Below, piece after piece: positions 39,689 to 50,500 of a stretch of DNA of 64,000 bases. The notes beneath the pieces were generated by a model, which saw nothing but the letters and a program-made list of their open reading frames with translations, was not told where the DNA came from and searched no databases. The translations under genes and the position numbers were made by a program. The DNA is from Candidatus Omnitrophota bacterium (GTDB lineage: Bacteria; Omnitrophota; Gorgyraeia; Duberdicusellales; 4484-171): positions 59,446 through 123,445 of the forward strand of contig PMCS01000030.1 of the NCBI GenBank assembly GCA_003154195.1, given 5' to 3'. How positions within the stretch are numbered: the first letter of the stretch is position 1; the number at the start of each line of letters is the position of its first letter.

Positions 39689-40008
39689 CCCTTGTTTTTT
39701 AAACTTCCGCGTGTTATATCTTAATACTCCTAAAAGAAAATATTGCGTTACCCTTGTTTTTTCCAGGGGAATATGTTATATCTTCCTTCAACCTCAATAT
39801 ATGAGGGGAAAAATCCAAGGATGCCGGTTAGCCGACAAGCGGCGGAACTTGACGCTTTTGCGTGGCCGGAGAATCGCCGCCGGCAAGGCATTTTTCAGGG
39901 AATAATTTTAAGGCGTCAAGGAGTATTCCCTCAAGCGGGATAAGCCTTGTAACCGTTTTCCTTTATCCATAGCTCTGCCCTTGTTTTTTGGGGTTAAGCG
40001 TGTTATAT
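39689..40008 (+). promoter_or_regulatory. Three copies of promoter-like motif CCCTTGTTTTTT-N11-TGTTATAT
   Basis: Exact copies at 39689-39719, 39751-39781, 39978-40008. Confidence 0.65.
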
Positions 40009-40193
40009 ATTGGGCAGATGCGGAGAGCCATATTGTGTATTTTTATACAGCCGAAAAGCAAACGGAGTTTACGCGGGCTTGCGCGTAAAACTTTATATAG
40101 GTATAAATATATTAACTTAACAACAATAATGTTTTTCTAATGGCAATTTATTTTCGCGGGAACCGCGAAGATAAATCAGGAGGGTTCAAACCC

Positions 40194-43100
40194 ATGCTTA
40201 ACCTACTTAACCACAAAAAAGTCAACGGTTTAACTAAAGTCTTAATTTCTACCCTGGCGTTTTTATTTTTCTTTTCCAGCCTGGGTATCTCGCGTGCCTT
40301 GCCGCAAGCTGGGCCCGGCGCCATTATGGCGAGCCTGCCGGTTCCGGGGCAGATGGTAAATATTACCCCGCCGTTCACTCCGGTGTTGATTAAAGGCCTT
40401 AAGCTCGACGTCAATGACCCGTTTAAATTCAACTTTATTGTCGAGCCGGGCGACAGCCGATTGAAAGACGCTCAATTAAAAGAAGAAATCTCCGATTTAG
40501 TGCGCTACTTCTTAACCGCCTTAACCGTTCCCGAATCTGACCTTTGGGTCAACCTTTCGCCGTTTGAGAACAGCCGTGTTATCACCGATGAATTGTCGTC
40601 GACCGATTTAGGCCGCGATTTGTTGGCTTCCGATTACATTCTCAAGCAATTAGTTTCTTCCCTGACCTATCCGGAATCGCCTTTAGGCAAAAAATTCTGG
40701 GATAAAGTATACAAGCGCGCCGGCGAATTATACGGCACCACCAAAATCCCGGTCAATACGTTTAATAAAATCTGGATTATGCCCGAATCGGCTTCGATTT
40801 ACGAGAACGGCAACCAGGTGATTATCTCCGATATTAAACTCAAAGTGATGCTGGAAGCGGATTATCTGGCGATGAAGAATACCAAGGGGCAGGGGGCAGG
40901 AGTCAAGGGCCAAAGCGAAAATACAAAAAAGGATATCAATGATTTAAGCGGGCAGATCATGAAGGAAGTGATCCTGCCGGTCATCGAGCAGGAAGTCAAC
41001 CAGGGAAAGAATTTTGCCAAAGTGCGTCAGATCACCTATTCGATTATCCTGGCCAGCTGGTTTAAACTGAAACTCAAAGACAGCCTGGTGGCTAAAGCCT
41101 ATGCCAATAAAAAGACGATGAAGGGCGTCGATACCAGCGACCCGGCGTTACGCGAACGCATTTATCAGCAATATGTCTCCGCCTATAAAAAGGGCGTCTA
41201 TGACTATATCAAAAAAGAATTCGAAGGTAATTCTTCGCGCCAGGTAAGGCGCAGGTATTATTCCGGCGGGTATACCATCAGTAATGCTGTAGAGTTGGTC
41301 AGCGGCGGGGTGGAGGTCACCACCCCCCAGTTTGCTCAAGCCGCGGCTCGTAAAGAAACAGTAATCGCCACGGCTTTAGTAAACGAGGGGGGCGTCACCG
41401 CTTCGCCGGTTGGAATCATGTCGTCCCCGTTGGCTAGAGTCACTGAACTAAAAGGTAAGATAATTCCTTCTCTTGAAAGGGATCTTGCGGCAAAAATGGC
41501 TGTGCATCGAAAACAACAGGCGAATATCAAGGACGAACATCAGCGACAGGTGGGCATATATGCGAGAACTTGGGCTACGCAGGCACTTCTCAAATATGAC
41601 ACTGAAATCAGTAAGAGAGCCAACTACGATGGTGACAGGGTAGCCGCCGCTTGGGCAGATCTACAACAGGCTAAAGCTGCGTGGAATGTAGAAAAAGAAC
41701 TTGATCAACGTCGTTTGGAACTAGCGAGCCTAGAACTAGAAATAAGAATAAAAAAAAGAGGGTCTTCGGCGGTAGCCGCTTCGCCGGTAACACCTGTGGA
41801 GGATGGATTTACCTCGGCAATAGCCGGTTTTTACGCTATGGCGGGCCAAGCTAAACCTGATTGGCGAACGATGCGAGCTGAAGTTGAAGGAAAATATAAT
41901 ACGCTCAAGGCAGAATTAGATAGAGCCCACGAGGAAGCCGACAGACAATATAAGGAAAGGATGACTCAGAACAATGAATTACTTCAAGCATGGTCTGACT
42001 TGGAAGAGGCTGTAGGAAAAGTAGCGAAAGAATTAAGGCAAGTAGAAACAGAAATGGCAAATGTTGCTGGCCAGGAAGGTAGTCAAGATAAAGTATCTGC
42101 TTTGCGACAGCGATTAGATGAAATAAAGGCAAGATATTCATCGATTCTTGCTAAAAAAGACGAAGCTGATGCCCGTATGGTAGCAGATTTCAATGAAAGA
42201 GTGAACCCCTTAAGACTTTCCTTGGAGACTATCGAAATCAAACTCCTTGCTGCTGAATTAGAGTTTAGGATGGTTATGGCGGGATATCCTAACGTTGGAA
42301 TTATGAATGGTATTATCCAGGAATATGAGACAGGAGCAAGAACGCATTCGACTTTGGCAGACTATAGAGAGATGATTGGTCACGAATCGATTACTGAAGA
42401 GATGCTTAAACCTTTGGCGGAAGCGATAGAAAGAGCCAAGGCACGCGTTGCTGATCTTAAGGCTAAAGAAGGTAAGGCTTCGGATGCGGCTCAAGAAGCG
42501 CCGACCGCGCCGACCGCGCCGGCCGCGCCGGCCGCGCCGACCCACGAAGCTGAGTCAACGGCCAGAGCTTTAGAGACCCCGGAGGTAACGCCAACGCAAG
42601 TCACTATGCAGTCGACGGAAATGTTGGCTGCAGCGGTTAATGATTTGGCAGACCAACATCGGGTGCGCTCTGAAGCAATGGTAAGGGCGCAGGCAAAACG
42701 TGAGACGCTGAAAACAGAGCTTGAGGCGGCGAGGCAGGCGGCCGATTCAGCTCTCGGCCAATCAGACTATGATACGCTTCGAGAAGCCTGGGCGCAAAAA
42801 AGCAGAGAATGGGATGAATTTATCACGCAGACATTTAACCCTCAAGTTGATCCATATAATGCCGGTTTAGCCCGGTTGCAAGCGGCCAGGATAGCGGCTG
42901 ATGTGGTGGCGTATAGAGGCGAAGGCCGGAGCATCGGGGATACTGATGTTAAGATGTGGCAGGCCCTGGGCGATAAGATTAGGGCGACAATTGAGTACTT
43001 AGAAGATACGGGAGAACGGTTCGCGGAGCCGCACAATAATGCCCCGACGGTTGAGCAGCTCAAGAATCTTGACGCGGAATTGGCATTAGCTAAAAGTCAT

Positions 43101-46100
43101 CTTAGCGTGGCGTACTATGCGCAAGGGTTAACGGAAACGCCGGCTTTTTTAAACGAGCTTTCCCAGGCCAGCGCGGAAAATCAAGATAGAGCGATTAAAG
43201 AAATTGTTAAGATTGCCCAAGGTAAAGGAAAAGTCTTGGCGGAAATAATCAGGCTCATTAATAGAACATCCGGTCTGCCGGAAAACCTTCGGCCGGTTAC
43301 CACTAAGCTTCTTGCCGCGATACATAAAGAACCGGGTTCGACGAAGGATTTGCTCGGGCGTCCCAGGGCGCCTAAGATCCGGGCCGCCGTGATTGATGCG
43401 CTCGATAAAATTCCCGGAAGCGACAGTGATGCAGCGCTTGAGCTTATTGGGGTTGGGCCTGGGGGTGAAGCCGTGCCTGGGGGTGAAGCCGCGATGGATG
43501 TTTTAGCGACACGAAAACAGTTAGGGGGTAGAATCGGCAGTGGAGAGCCGGAAAGAGGGGATAGCGGTATGCGGAGACTTTTAGAAGAATTCCCCCCTGA
43601 TCCGGATAAGCCGACACCATCAGACTCGGCTAAGGACGCAGCGGCCAAGCTTGCCGCCGCGGCTAAAGCTGGTGACGCCAGTGCGGCGACAGCCGCGGTG
43701 CTGGATGCATCCATGGGAGTGGACCGCGTAGCTCAAGCCAGCAAGACCGGAACCGACTCGGAGCGTATTACCGCTCTTGATCTTCTTTTTTCGATTGCTA
43801 CTACCGGCCAGGGGTCGCGCCGCGCCCGCTGGGCGATTACTGATGCCGCGGTTAACGCCGATAGTTCAGCTGCCGTGCGGATTGCCGCGCTTAAATATCT
43901 TGGCGCGCTCAACAATCACGCCGCGCTTCCGGCGCTTAACCATGTAATTAACGATATCGCTGGTAGGTCTCAGGCGGATAGGGATAAAGCCGGCCTTGCT
44001 GCGGTCAGCGAGGCGGCGCGCCAGGCTATCAAAGATATCAATGAAACCAATGCCAAGCCCAATGCGCTTGTCAGATTAACCAACGCTTTTAAGGCAATTT
44101 ACTATAGGTTGATAACCAATAGCGCCCAAAGCGCGCCTGCGGGTGCATCTACGACTACGTCAACTGCCAAGGGCGGTGGTAATGTCGTCGGCGGGGGAAA
44201 TGACGATGCTGCCGCTAAAGCTCTTGCTCAAGCAAAAGAAGCCGCGGCTCAAGCCCTTACTGAAGCAAAGGCAAAAGTCGAACCCGTTACTGCTGATTTG
44301 AGAGATAAACAACATCAAGCCGAAATCGAAGCTACAATTGCGGCACGTACGCAAAGAGAGTTTGTGGAATTGGGTAAACAACGGGCCGCCAAAGAAAAAG
44401 AATTGGCCGATGCCCAGGCGGCAAAAACTGCCGCCGACCAGGCTGTTGCCACTCTTGAGGCGCCGCCGGTTAAAGTGCCGGGGAAAAGAGCGCCCTCGGC
44501 TGCTAAGAGGAAAAAAGACCTTGCCCAAGCCAGGAAAAATGCCGGGTACGCCACGGCTGAAGTCGAGAATCGTACGCGGGGATTGAATGATTTGGTATCG
44601 CTTGCGGTGAATCCGGCTGAAGCCAGGGCTGCAGCGGCTAAGACTGCGGCTGATGAGGCCGCGAAGCTTGCGGCAGAGGCCGAAACACAGGCAAAAGCGG
44701 CGCAAACCGCAGTTGACGAGGCGCAAGCTAAGGTGGAGCAATTGAATGCGCCGCCTAGCCAGTCCACCGGAACGGCGGCCGGCAATAAGCCGAATTTAGC
44801 TGTCGACGCCGCCAAGAAATTAGCCGATATCCCGCCGGATGAGCCTGTGTCGGTAGAGGAGAGTTTAGCTGAAGCCGCCGCCCGGATATTGGGCCACGGC
44901 GCTTCCGAAATAATCAATAGTGATCCGGAGGTAGCTGCCGTCCGGCTTTTAGATATTTTAAAAGACCCTGATCAATCTGCCGACCGCATCTCTGTTTTGA
45001 GATTGCTGGGGGAGATAGCCATGACTGAAATAATTGCTAAATATCGGCCGCAAGAAGCTGTGCCTGCGTCGGAAGGAGGGCCGGCCGTGTCGTCCGCGGT
45101 AAAAGTGATGAACGTCGAGTTGTCTTCTCATGTTGGGGCTATTTTGAATGCTATACTTGCTACTTTTAGGCAGGAAGGGGATGCCGGTATCCGTATCGCC
45201 GCGCTTGAGCAATTAGTCGAGTTAGGTTTATCTTTCCCCCCTGAAAGTGGGGGACGGGTTCCGATAATAAATGCAATCCAGTCAGTTGCCAAGAGCGGGA
45301 AAGGAGAAGATAAAGCAGTAATAAAAGCCGCTAAACAGGCTTTGATCGATATGGGGGTTCGTAGCAAATTGGGAAGGATAGGGCTACTTGCGGGGTTGGC
45401 GGTGGCGGTGGCTTTTGGCGGCTACGCGTTGCAACATGCCATGCAGGCTCCCGTCCCCGGCCTTGTTCCGGGCGTCGGCCATCTACCCGGAGGCCCCGAC
45501 GGAGGCCTCGATGTCGGACATCACGGCGCAAATCTGCCCCAGTTGATTATGCCTTCCCAAATGCCCCCGGATGATTATAAGTGGAGCCTGGAGCAGAACA
45601 GCGCGGGAAAATTGTTTTGGGTTGCCGTACCCGATTATTCTAAGCATCCCGATATTATGACCAGAGACCAAATTAATACACTTTATAATCCTCCGCCCGG
45701 TTTTTATCGGGACGGGAGTGATGCAGGCAGGTTGAATGCTTGGCTGGTGCCGATGTTTCCTATACCGGTACAGTCTACAGCGCCGGCCGGAACCGATACC
45801 GGTGTTCAAACTGCTACCGGCGTCATGGCCATCGATGCCGCAGTCCAGAAAGTCGCCGTTTCCGCGGCTCGTGAGGCGTTAGCCAATAGAGATACCGGCA
45901 AATCCGCGCTGGATTCCCAAGCGGTAACGCCCGACGCCGGAAAAAGCGACAAAACTGCCGTCGATGGCGGTACTACAGTAGATGTTCCCGGAGCGTATAC
46001 TACTACTCCGGTGGAAAAGGAAAAGATTCCCGCGACATCCCCTCCGGCTGATAATGGGAGCAATCCGACCGGAACAGGAGCAGCAGCAACCACAGGCGAT

Positions 46101-47315
46101 GCGGGAAAGACTGTGACTCAAGCTCCCGCGGCAACAGGCAACGCGAATGTTAAAAAACAAGCAGGAAAAAACGACGATAAAGTAATGAAAAAACTCCACG
46201 ATGAAGAAATGGCCAAACGAGCGAATGCGAAATTACTTTTGGAAACGGCCATCCATGACTATCTGTTGGATCATGGAATGCCCACGGATGATGGAGCAAT
46301 CCAGAAAATAAGGGCAGACAATAAGCTTGAGGGCGATCACAAAATCCCATTTCACAATCCGTACTATATTCGTATTAATGGAACATCAGTTAAGGTACCC
46401 GGAGCAGATTCATTACCTCTATCTCTGGCCACGAAAGCCCCGGCGGCGAAAGCTGCGAGACTTAGTTTTGACCAAGCGATAGAGGGGGATTTGGCTTCCC
46501 CCTCCGGCCCCACCCATGTTGATCGCGGCGTTCGTAAGGCTACTGAAAAGGTTAAAAATGATATAGCCAGCATCAATGGCTACAAGCGGACTCCTGACGG
46601 CCTTTTGACAGATGATGGTAAGCCGGTTCCGCCGGGGAAAAAGCTATTAATGGTACCGCCTTCACTGGGTGACCCTTATTATGAGTCAGCGCTTAAGGAT
46701 TTCCAGGCAAAGGCATACGCTTATCTGCAGCAACATCCTGACGCTTCGATGGACGAAGCGATAGATTATGTCGACCGTACCACCCCGCCTTATCAGGAGA
46801 CTAAGTGGGCATACGCTGGTTCAGAACAGGGGGGTAAAGAAGGACGTAGAGTTCCGCTTGGTAAGCCGGTAACTTTTAGGGATTTAGTAGAGCACAATGG
46901 TATTGTTTGGGATGGCCCGTCGGATAACAACGCCCCCTCCGGTACCGCGACTGGTGATAGCGGTACTCCCGGGGTTGGGCACGGTAACACGCCGGGTGAT
47001 GCGACCGGCATTGGTGGGGGAGTAAAGGCGAAGGTACTAGATTTTCTTCACGAGGCGGGGTTCGGCCGCCAGCTTCCGACAACGCAACAGGTTTTTACTG
47101 GACTTAAGGGAATGAGCAGCAGTTCGCCGGACACTAAAGGCGGTATCGATATGAACACCGCCAAGACGGCGATGAATATCAAAGGCGACGGGAAATTCGC
47201 TTTTGCTTCCTCGGCGCTTAAGGCCGACGGCCAGTCTTGGAAGGGGATTACGTTTACCATCGTGAAGGTAGAAAGGATCACTAACCCCGCGTTATTTTTC
47301 GCCGCGTCGCGATAG
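40194..47315 (+). CDS. Giant exported modular protein 1 (~2373 aa): conserved N-domain, coiled-coil and HEAT-like middle, TM helix, GGID C-terminal motif
   Basis: SD AGGAGGG before ATG 40194; signal-peptide-like start; paralogous termini with 47582-52084. Confidence 0.85.
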   Translation: MLNLLNHKKVNGLTKVLISTLAFLFFFSSLGISRALPQAGPGAIMASLPVPGQMVNITPPFTPVLIKGLKLDVNDPFKFNFIVEPGDSRLKDAQLKEEISDLVRYFLTALTVPESDLWVNLSPFENSRVITDELSSTDLGRDLLASDYILKQLVSSLTYPESPLGKKFWDKVYKRAGELYGTTKIPVNTFNKIWIMPESASIYENGNQVIISDIKLKVMLEADYLAMKNTKGQGAGVKGQSENTKKDINDLSGQIMKEVILPVIEQEVNQGKNFAKVRQITYSIILASWFKLKLKDSLVAKAYANKKTMKGVDTSDPALRERIYQQYVSAYKKGVYDYIKKEFEGNSSRQVRRRYYSGGYTISNAVELVSGGVEVTTPQFAQAAARKETVIATALVNEGGVTASPVGIMSSPLARVTELKGKIIPSLERDLAAKMAVHRKQQANIKDEHQRQVGIYARTWATQALLKYDTEISKRANYDGDRVAAAWADLQQAKAAWNVEKELDQRRLELASLELEIRIKKRGSSAVAASPVTPVEDGFTSAIAGFYAMAGQAKPDWRTMRAEVEGKYNTLKAELDRAHEEADRQYKERMTQNNELLQAWSDLEEAVGKVAKELRQVETEMANVAGQEGSQDKVSALRQRLDEIKARYSSILAKKDEADARMVADFNERVNPLRLSLETIEIKLLAAELEFRMVMAGYPNVGIMNGIIQEYETGARTHSTLADYREMIGHESITEEMLKPLAEAIERAKARVADLKAKEGKASDAAQEAPTAPTAPAAPAAPTHEAESTARALETPEVTPTQVTMQSTEMLAAAVNDLADQHRVRSEAMVRAQAKRETLKTELEAARQAADSALGQSDYDTLREAWAQKSREWDEFITQTFNPQVDPYNAGLARLQAARIAADVVAYRGEGRSIGDTDVKMWQALGDKIRATIEYLEDTGERFAEPHNNAPTVEQLKNLDAELALAKSHLSVAYYAQGLTETPAFLNELSQASAENQDRAIKEIVKIAQGKGKVLAEIIRLINRTSGLPENLRPVTTKLLAAIHKEPGSTKDLLGRPRAPKIRAAVIDALDKIPGSDSDAALELIGVGPGGEAVPGGEAAMDVLATRKQLGGRIGSGEPERGDSGMRRLLEEFPPDPDKPTPSDSAKDAAAKLAAAAKAGDASAATAAVLDASMGVDRVAQASKTGTDSERITALDLLFSIATTGQGSRRARWAITDAAVNADSSAAVRIAALKYLGALNNHAALPALNHVINDIAGRSQADRDKAGLAAVSEAARQAIKDINETNAKPNALVRLTNAFKAIYYRLITNSAQSAPAGASTTTSTAKGGGNVVGGGNDDAAAKALAQAKEAAAQALTEAKAKVEPVTADLRDKQHQAEIEATIAARTQREFVELGKQRAAKEKELADAQAAKTAADQAVATLEAPPVKVPGKRAPSAAKRKKDLAQARKNAGYATAEVENRTRGLNDLVSLAVNPAEARAAAAKTAADEAAKLAAEAETQAKAAQTAVDEAQAKVEQLNAPPSQSTGTAAGNKPNLAVDAAKKLADIPPDEPVSVEESLAEAAARILGHGASEIINSDPEVAAVRLLDILKDPDQSADRISVLRLLGEIAMTEIIAKYRPQEAVPASEGGPAVSSAVKVMNVELSSHVGAILNAILATFRQEGDAGIRIAALEQLVELGLSFPPESGGRVPIINAIQSVAKSGKGEDKAVIKAAKQALIDMGVRSKLGRIGLLAGLAVAVAFGGYALQHAMQAPVPGLVPGVGHLPGGPDGGLDVGHHGANLPQLIMPSQMPPDDYKWSLEQNSAGKLFWVAVPDYSKHPDIMTRDQINTLYNPPPGFYRDGSDAGRLNAWLVPMFPIPVQSTAPAGTDTGVQTATGVMAIDAAVQKVAVSAAREALANRDTGKSALDSQAVTPDAGKSDKTAVDGGTTVDVPGAYTTTPVEKEKIPATSPPADNGSNPTGTGAAATTGDAGKTVTQAPAATGNANVKKQAGKNDDKVMKKLHDEEMAKRANAKLLLETAIHDYLLDHGMPTDDGAIQKIRADNKLEGDHKIPFHNPYYIRINGTSVKVPGADSLPLSLATKAPAAKAARLSFDQAIEGDLASPSGPTHVDRGVRKATEKVKNDIASINGYKRTPDGLLTDDGKPVPPGKKLLMVPPSLGDPYYESALKDFQAKAYAYLQQHPDASMDEAIDYVDRTTPPYQETKWAYAGSEQGGKEGRRVPLGKPVTFRDLVEHNGIVWDGPSDNNAPSGTATGDSGTPGVGHGNTPGDATGIGGGVKAKVLDFLHEAGFGRQLPTTQQVFTGLKGMSSSSPDTKGGIDMNTAKTAMNIKGDGKFAFASSALKADGQSWKGITFTIVKVERITNPALFFAASR

Positions 47316-47489
47316 AAAGACCGTAAGGCCGTAGGACGTGGTCCGCCAATTCGTGATACGAATCGGCGAGACCTCGCCATCTACGGGATGGCGGGGACGT
47401 CTGCGGCAGCAGCCGCTGGGACGTGGGTGAAGAAAGTCCATAGTCGATAGATTGAAACTGAAAAACGGGAAATACGAGAAACGGAAAGG
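47315..47489. repeat. Inverted partner of 39471-39624, containing a nested copy (47341-47399) of the 9464-9522 repeat
   Basis: Reverse-complement alignment by eye; nested repeat flanked by GGACGT on both sides. Confidence 0.7.
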
Positions 47490-47581
47490 CAGAAAAAGCG
47501 AAAAAGAAGGAAAAATCTGTATCTTTTTTACATTGCTATAGCAATATTTTTTTTATACATTTTCGAAGGATATTCAAAACT

Positions 47582-50500
47582 ATGCTTACTTTTAATCCAA
47601 AAAAATCAAATGCCGGTAAAGTTTTTTCGTCTTTTATGGCGTTTGTTTTTTTCTTTACCAGCTTAGGCACGGGTAAGGCCTTTTCGGATAACGGGCAATT
47701 AAGCCTTGCGTCTCTGCCTTTACCGGGCCAGATGGTCAATCTCACTCCGGTGTTTACTCCCGCCCTGCTCAAAGGCCTGAAACTTGACGCGAACAATCCG
47801 TTAAGATTCAATTTCATCGTCGAACCGGGCGATACGAAATTCGGCGAAGCGAAACTAAAAGAAGAAGTCTCCGATATGGTCCGCTATTTCCTGGCCGCGC
47901 TGACCATACCCGAATCTGACCTCTGGGTAAACCTTTCTCCGTTCGAAGGCGGCAGGGTAATCACCGATGAATTGTCGTCAACCGATCTGGGCCGCGACAT
48001 GCTGGCTTCCGATTATTTATTGAAACAATTAGTCTCTTCCCTGACCTATCCCGAATCAGCCTTAGGCAAAAAATTCTGGGAAAAAGTGTACAGAAGAGCC
48101 AATGAAGTTTATGGGACGGCTAAGATACCGGTCAACACTTTTAACAAAATATGGATTATGCCGGAGTCGGCATCGATTTTTGAGAACGGGGATAAAGTGG
48201 TAATCTCCGATATCAAACTGAAGGTGATGCTGGAAGCTGATTATTTTGCTATGCAAAATAATCAGGCCAAAGACCAAAAAACTGGAAAACCGAAAAACGA
48301 AAAAACTTTTACCACGGGTAATCAATCTGACGGTAAAGCGGTTAATGATTTATCCGGGCAGATCATGAAAGAAATCATCCTGCCGGTCATCGAGCAGGAA
48401 GTAAACCACGGCCAGAGTTTTGCCAAATTGCGCCAGATCATCTACTCCGTCATTCTGGCCGGTTGGTTTAAATTAAAATTAAAAGACAGTATTGTCAACC
48501 AGACTTACAGCGATAAAAAGAAGATGAAGGGCGTAGATACTTCTGACCCGGCGTTAAAAGAAAAGATATATCAACAATACGTGCAGGCTTATAAGAAAGG
48601 CGTCTATGATTATATCAAGAAAGAATTCGAGGCTAATTCCCATAGACAAGTCCGGCGCCGTTATTTCTCCGGCGGCGTAGAGCTTCTCTACGGGAAGCTT
48701 GTCGGTGATACCCAGCGAGTTCCCCCTGAAGCGTTTGCCGGAAAATTAAGCAGTCCGCTCGAAGCCGAGGCGGCCACGGTTGAGTTAGCGCCGGCTTCGC
48801 TGCCTAATAGTTTCCTGGGCGAGGTGCCTCCGGGCTATGTCAGCCCATGGGTTGACCGGAAAGGTAAAGATGGCCCAATCGATCAGCATTTGCCTACATT
48901 GGCTCAATACGATAATGTCCTAATCGCTATAACGACGGGGCCTGAGGCCGTAGAGGAGATTGTCACGAGAGAAGGCCCGCTTGCGGCGCCCAATTTTGTC
49001 AGGGCGCTCGAGGATAATGCTATGGGAGAATTTAGGAAAGAAATTATTAACGTTCTTGGTAGAATAGGAGATGCGAGCGCAATTGGCAATATCGTCAGGT
49101 TCGGCATTGATTACATTGGTAGAAAAACCCCGGCTGGAGAAGTGCGCGCAGTGCATTTAGCCGCAATCGAGGCGATTAAGAATATAGGTATGCGCTATAT
49201 TTGGAATATTGATCATGCTTTTTGGATGCTTAGCCTTGCGGTGGAGGGAATAGGGGACGCGGAGCTTCACGCAAAAGCGATTGACGCTCTCAGGGAAATG
49301 GCGGCCTTGATGGTTAAGACTAACCCGATAGATGATGAAAAAGCCGTATACGCTTCCAGGCTCGCTTATTACAGGCAATTTTTCCAGAGGCTTCTGAGCA
49401 TGGCTAGGACTAAACCTAATAAAAGAGGTGTAGTCGATTATGGAGTTGTAGACAAGGATGTCCGTATCGTCGCTATTTCTGCTCTCGCGCCTGTAACTGC
49501 AGCCGCTAAAGATAATAGATTTGTTTCTGATCCCGAATATGATGGCTTTCTTTCGGGTGTTCGTTCGGAACTTACGGGTGTGGCTACTGATGAAAAAGAC
49601 AATCCGGAGGTGCGCGCCGCCGCAGTTCGTGCTCTTGGGGTGATGGCTGCTAATAAGCGGTTCCCGATCATGATTTATCATACACTTGAAGATATGTTTA
49701 CAAGAGACAGTCCGGATATGCCGGATATTGTTAGGGCTGCTCTTCGCGAGGTTCTTCCGGCGGTAAGCAAAGACGCCGGTACTGTCGCGGCTTCTCCGGT
49801 TACCGCCCTGAAGCCCGCGGCCGCGGATGAGGCCAGGCCGGGAGAGACAGGGCGAAAGCGGGGAGATGTTTTAAGAGCACTTAGGGCTTCTGAAAGAGAC
49901 CTGGCAACTTTAGAAGCCGCCTTAGAAGCTAAAAGTTGGGCATATCAATTATATACGGCGGGCTTTGATGAAGCCGCCGCAGGAGAGTTAACCGACGCTG
50001 TCAGGGTTAAGAAGCTTCCGCTTACAGGCAGGTATCGGCCCACTGATGATGGGGTCATGTTGATTGTTCATGCCGAGATTGGGGCGATTTCACGCACCGA
50101 AACGGAGCGTCTTGGTAGTTTAGAAAGACAAAGAGAAATCAGGGAGCTTGATGATAAGGTTAAAGCTAAAAGAGCGCAGGTTATTGAGCTCGGATGGGCG
50201 GCGCGTGAGCTTGAGGCAGCTCAGCAGGAGCGCCATGCTGTCGCCCTGAGAAGATTAGAAGAATTAAAGGCTAAATTTCAAAAGGCGGTGTCTGGTTTTA
50301 CAAGCGCTTTAGAAGAAGCTCAAGGGAATGGCCCAGAGGCTGTTGCTGCCGCCAGGGGTGATCTTGATAAGTTGTTGGGAGAAATCCAACTCGCCGGCGA
50401 CGCGATTACGCAAGCGTTGGCTCGTTATAGAGAAGAGGGGATCGATCTTGGCGATGAGGCTCTGGTTGCCGGGACGCGTACTATCGGGGGAAAACCGGCA

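Noticed and set aside
39711-39943. Two short ORFs upstream of giant gene 1
   Set aside because: Overlap promoter-like motifs, non-ATG starts, no SD or recognisable content
43181-47380. Many minus-strand ORFs within giant gene 1
   Set aside because: Antisense shadows of Ala/Gly-rich, GC-rich coding sequence
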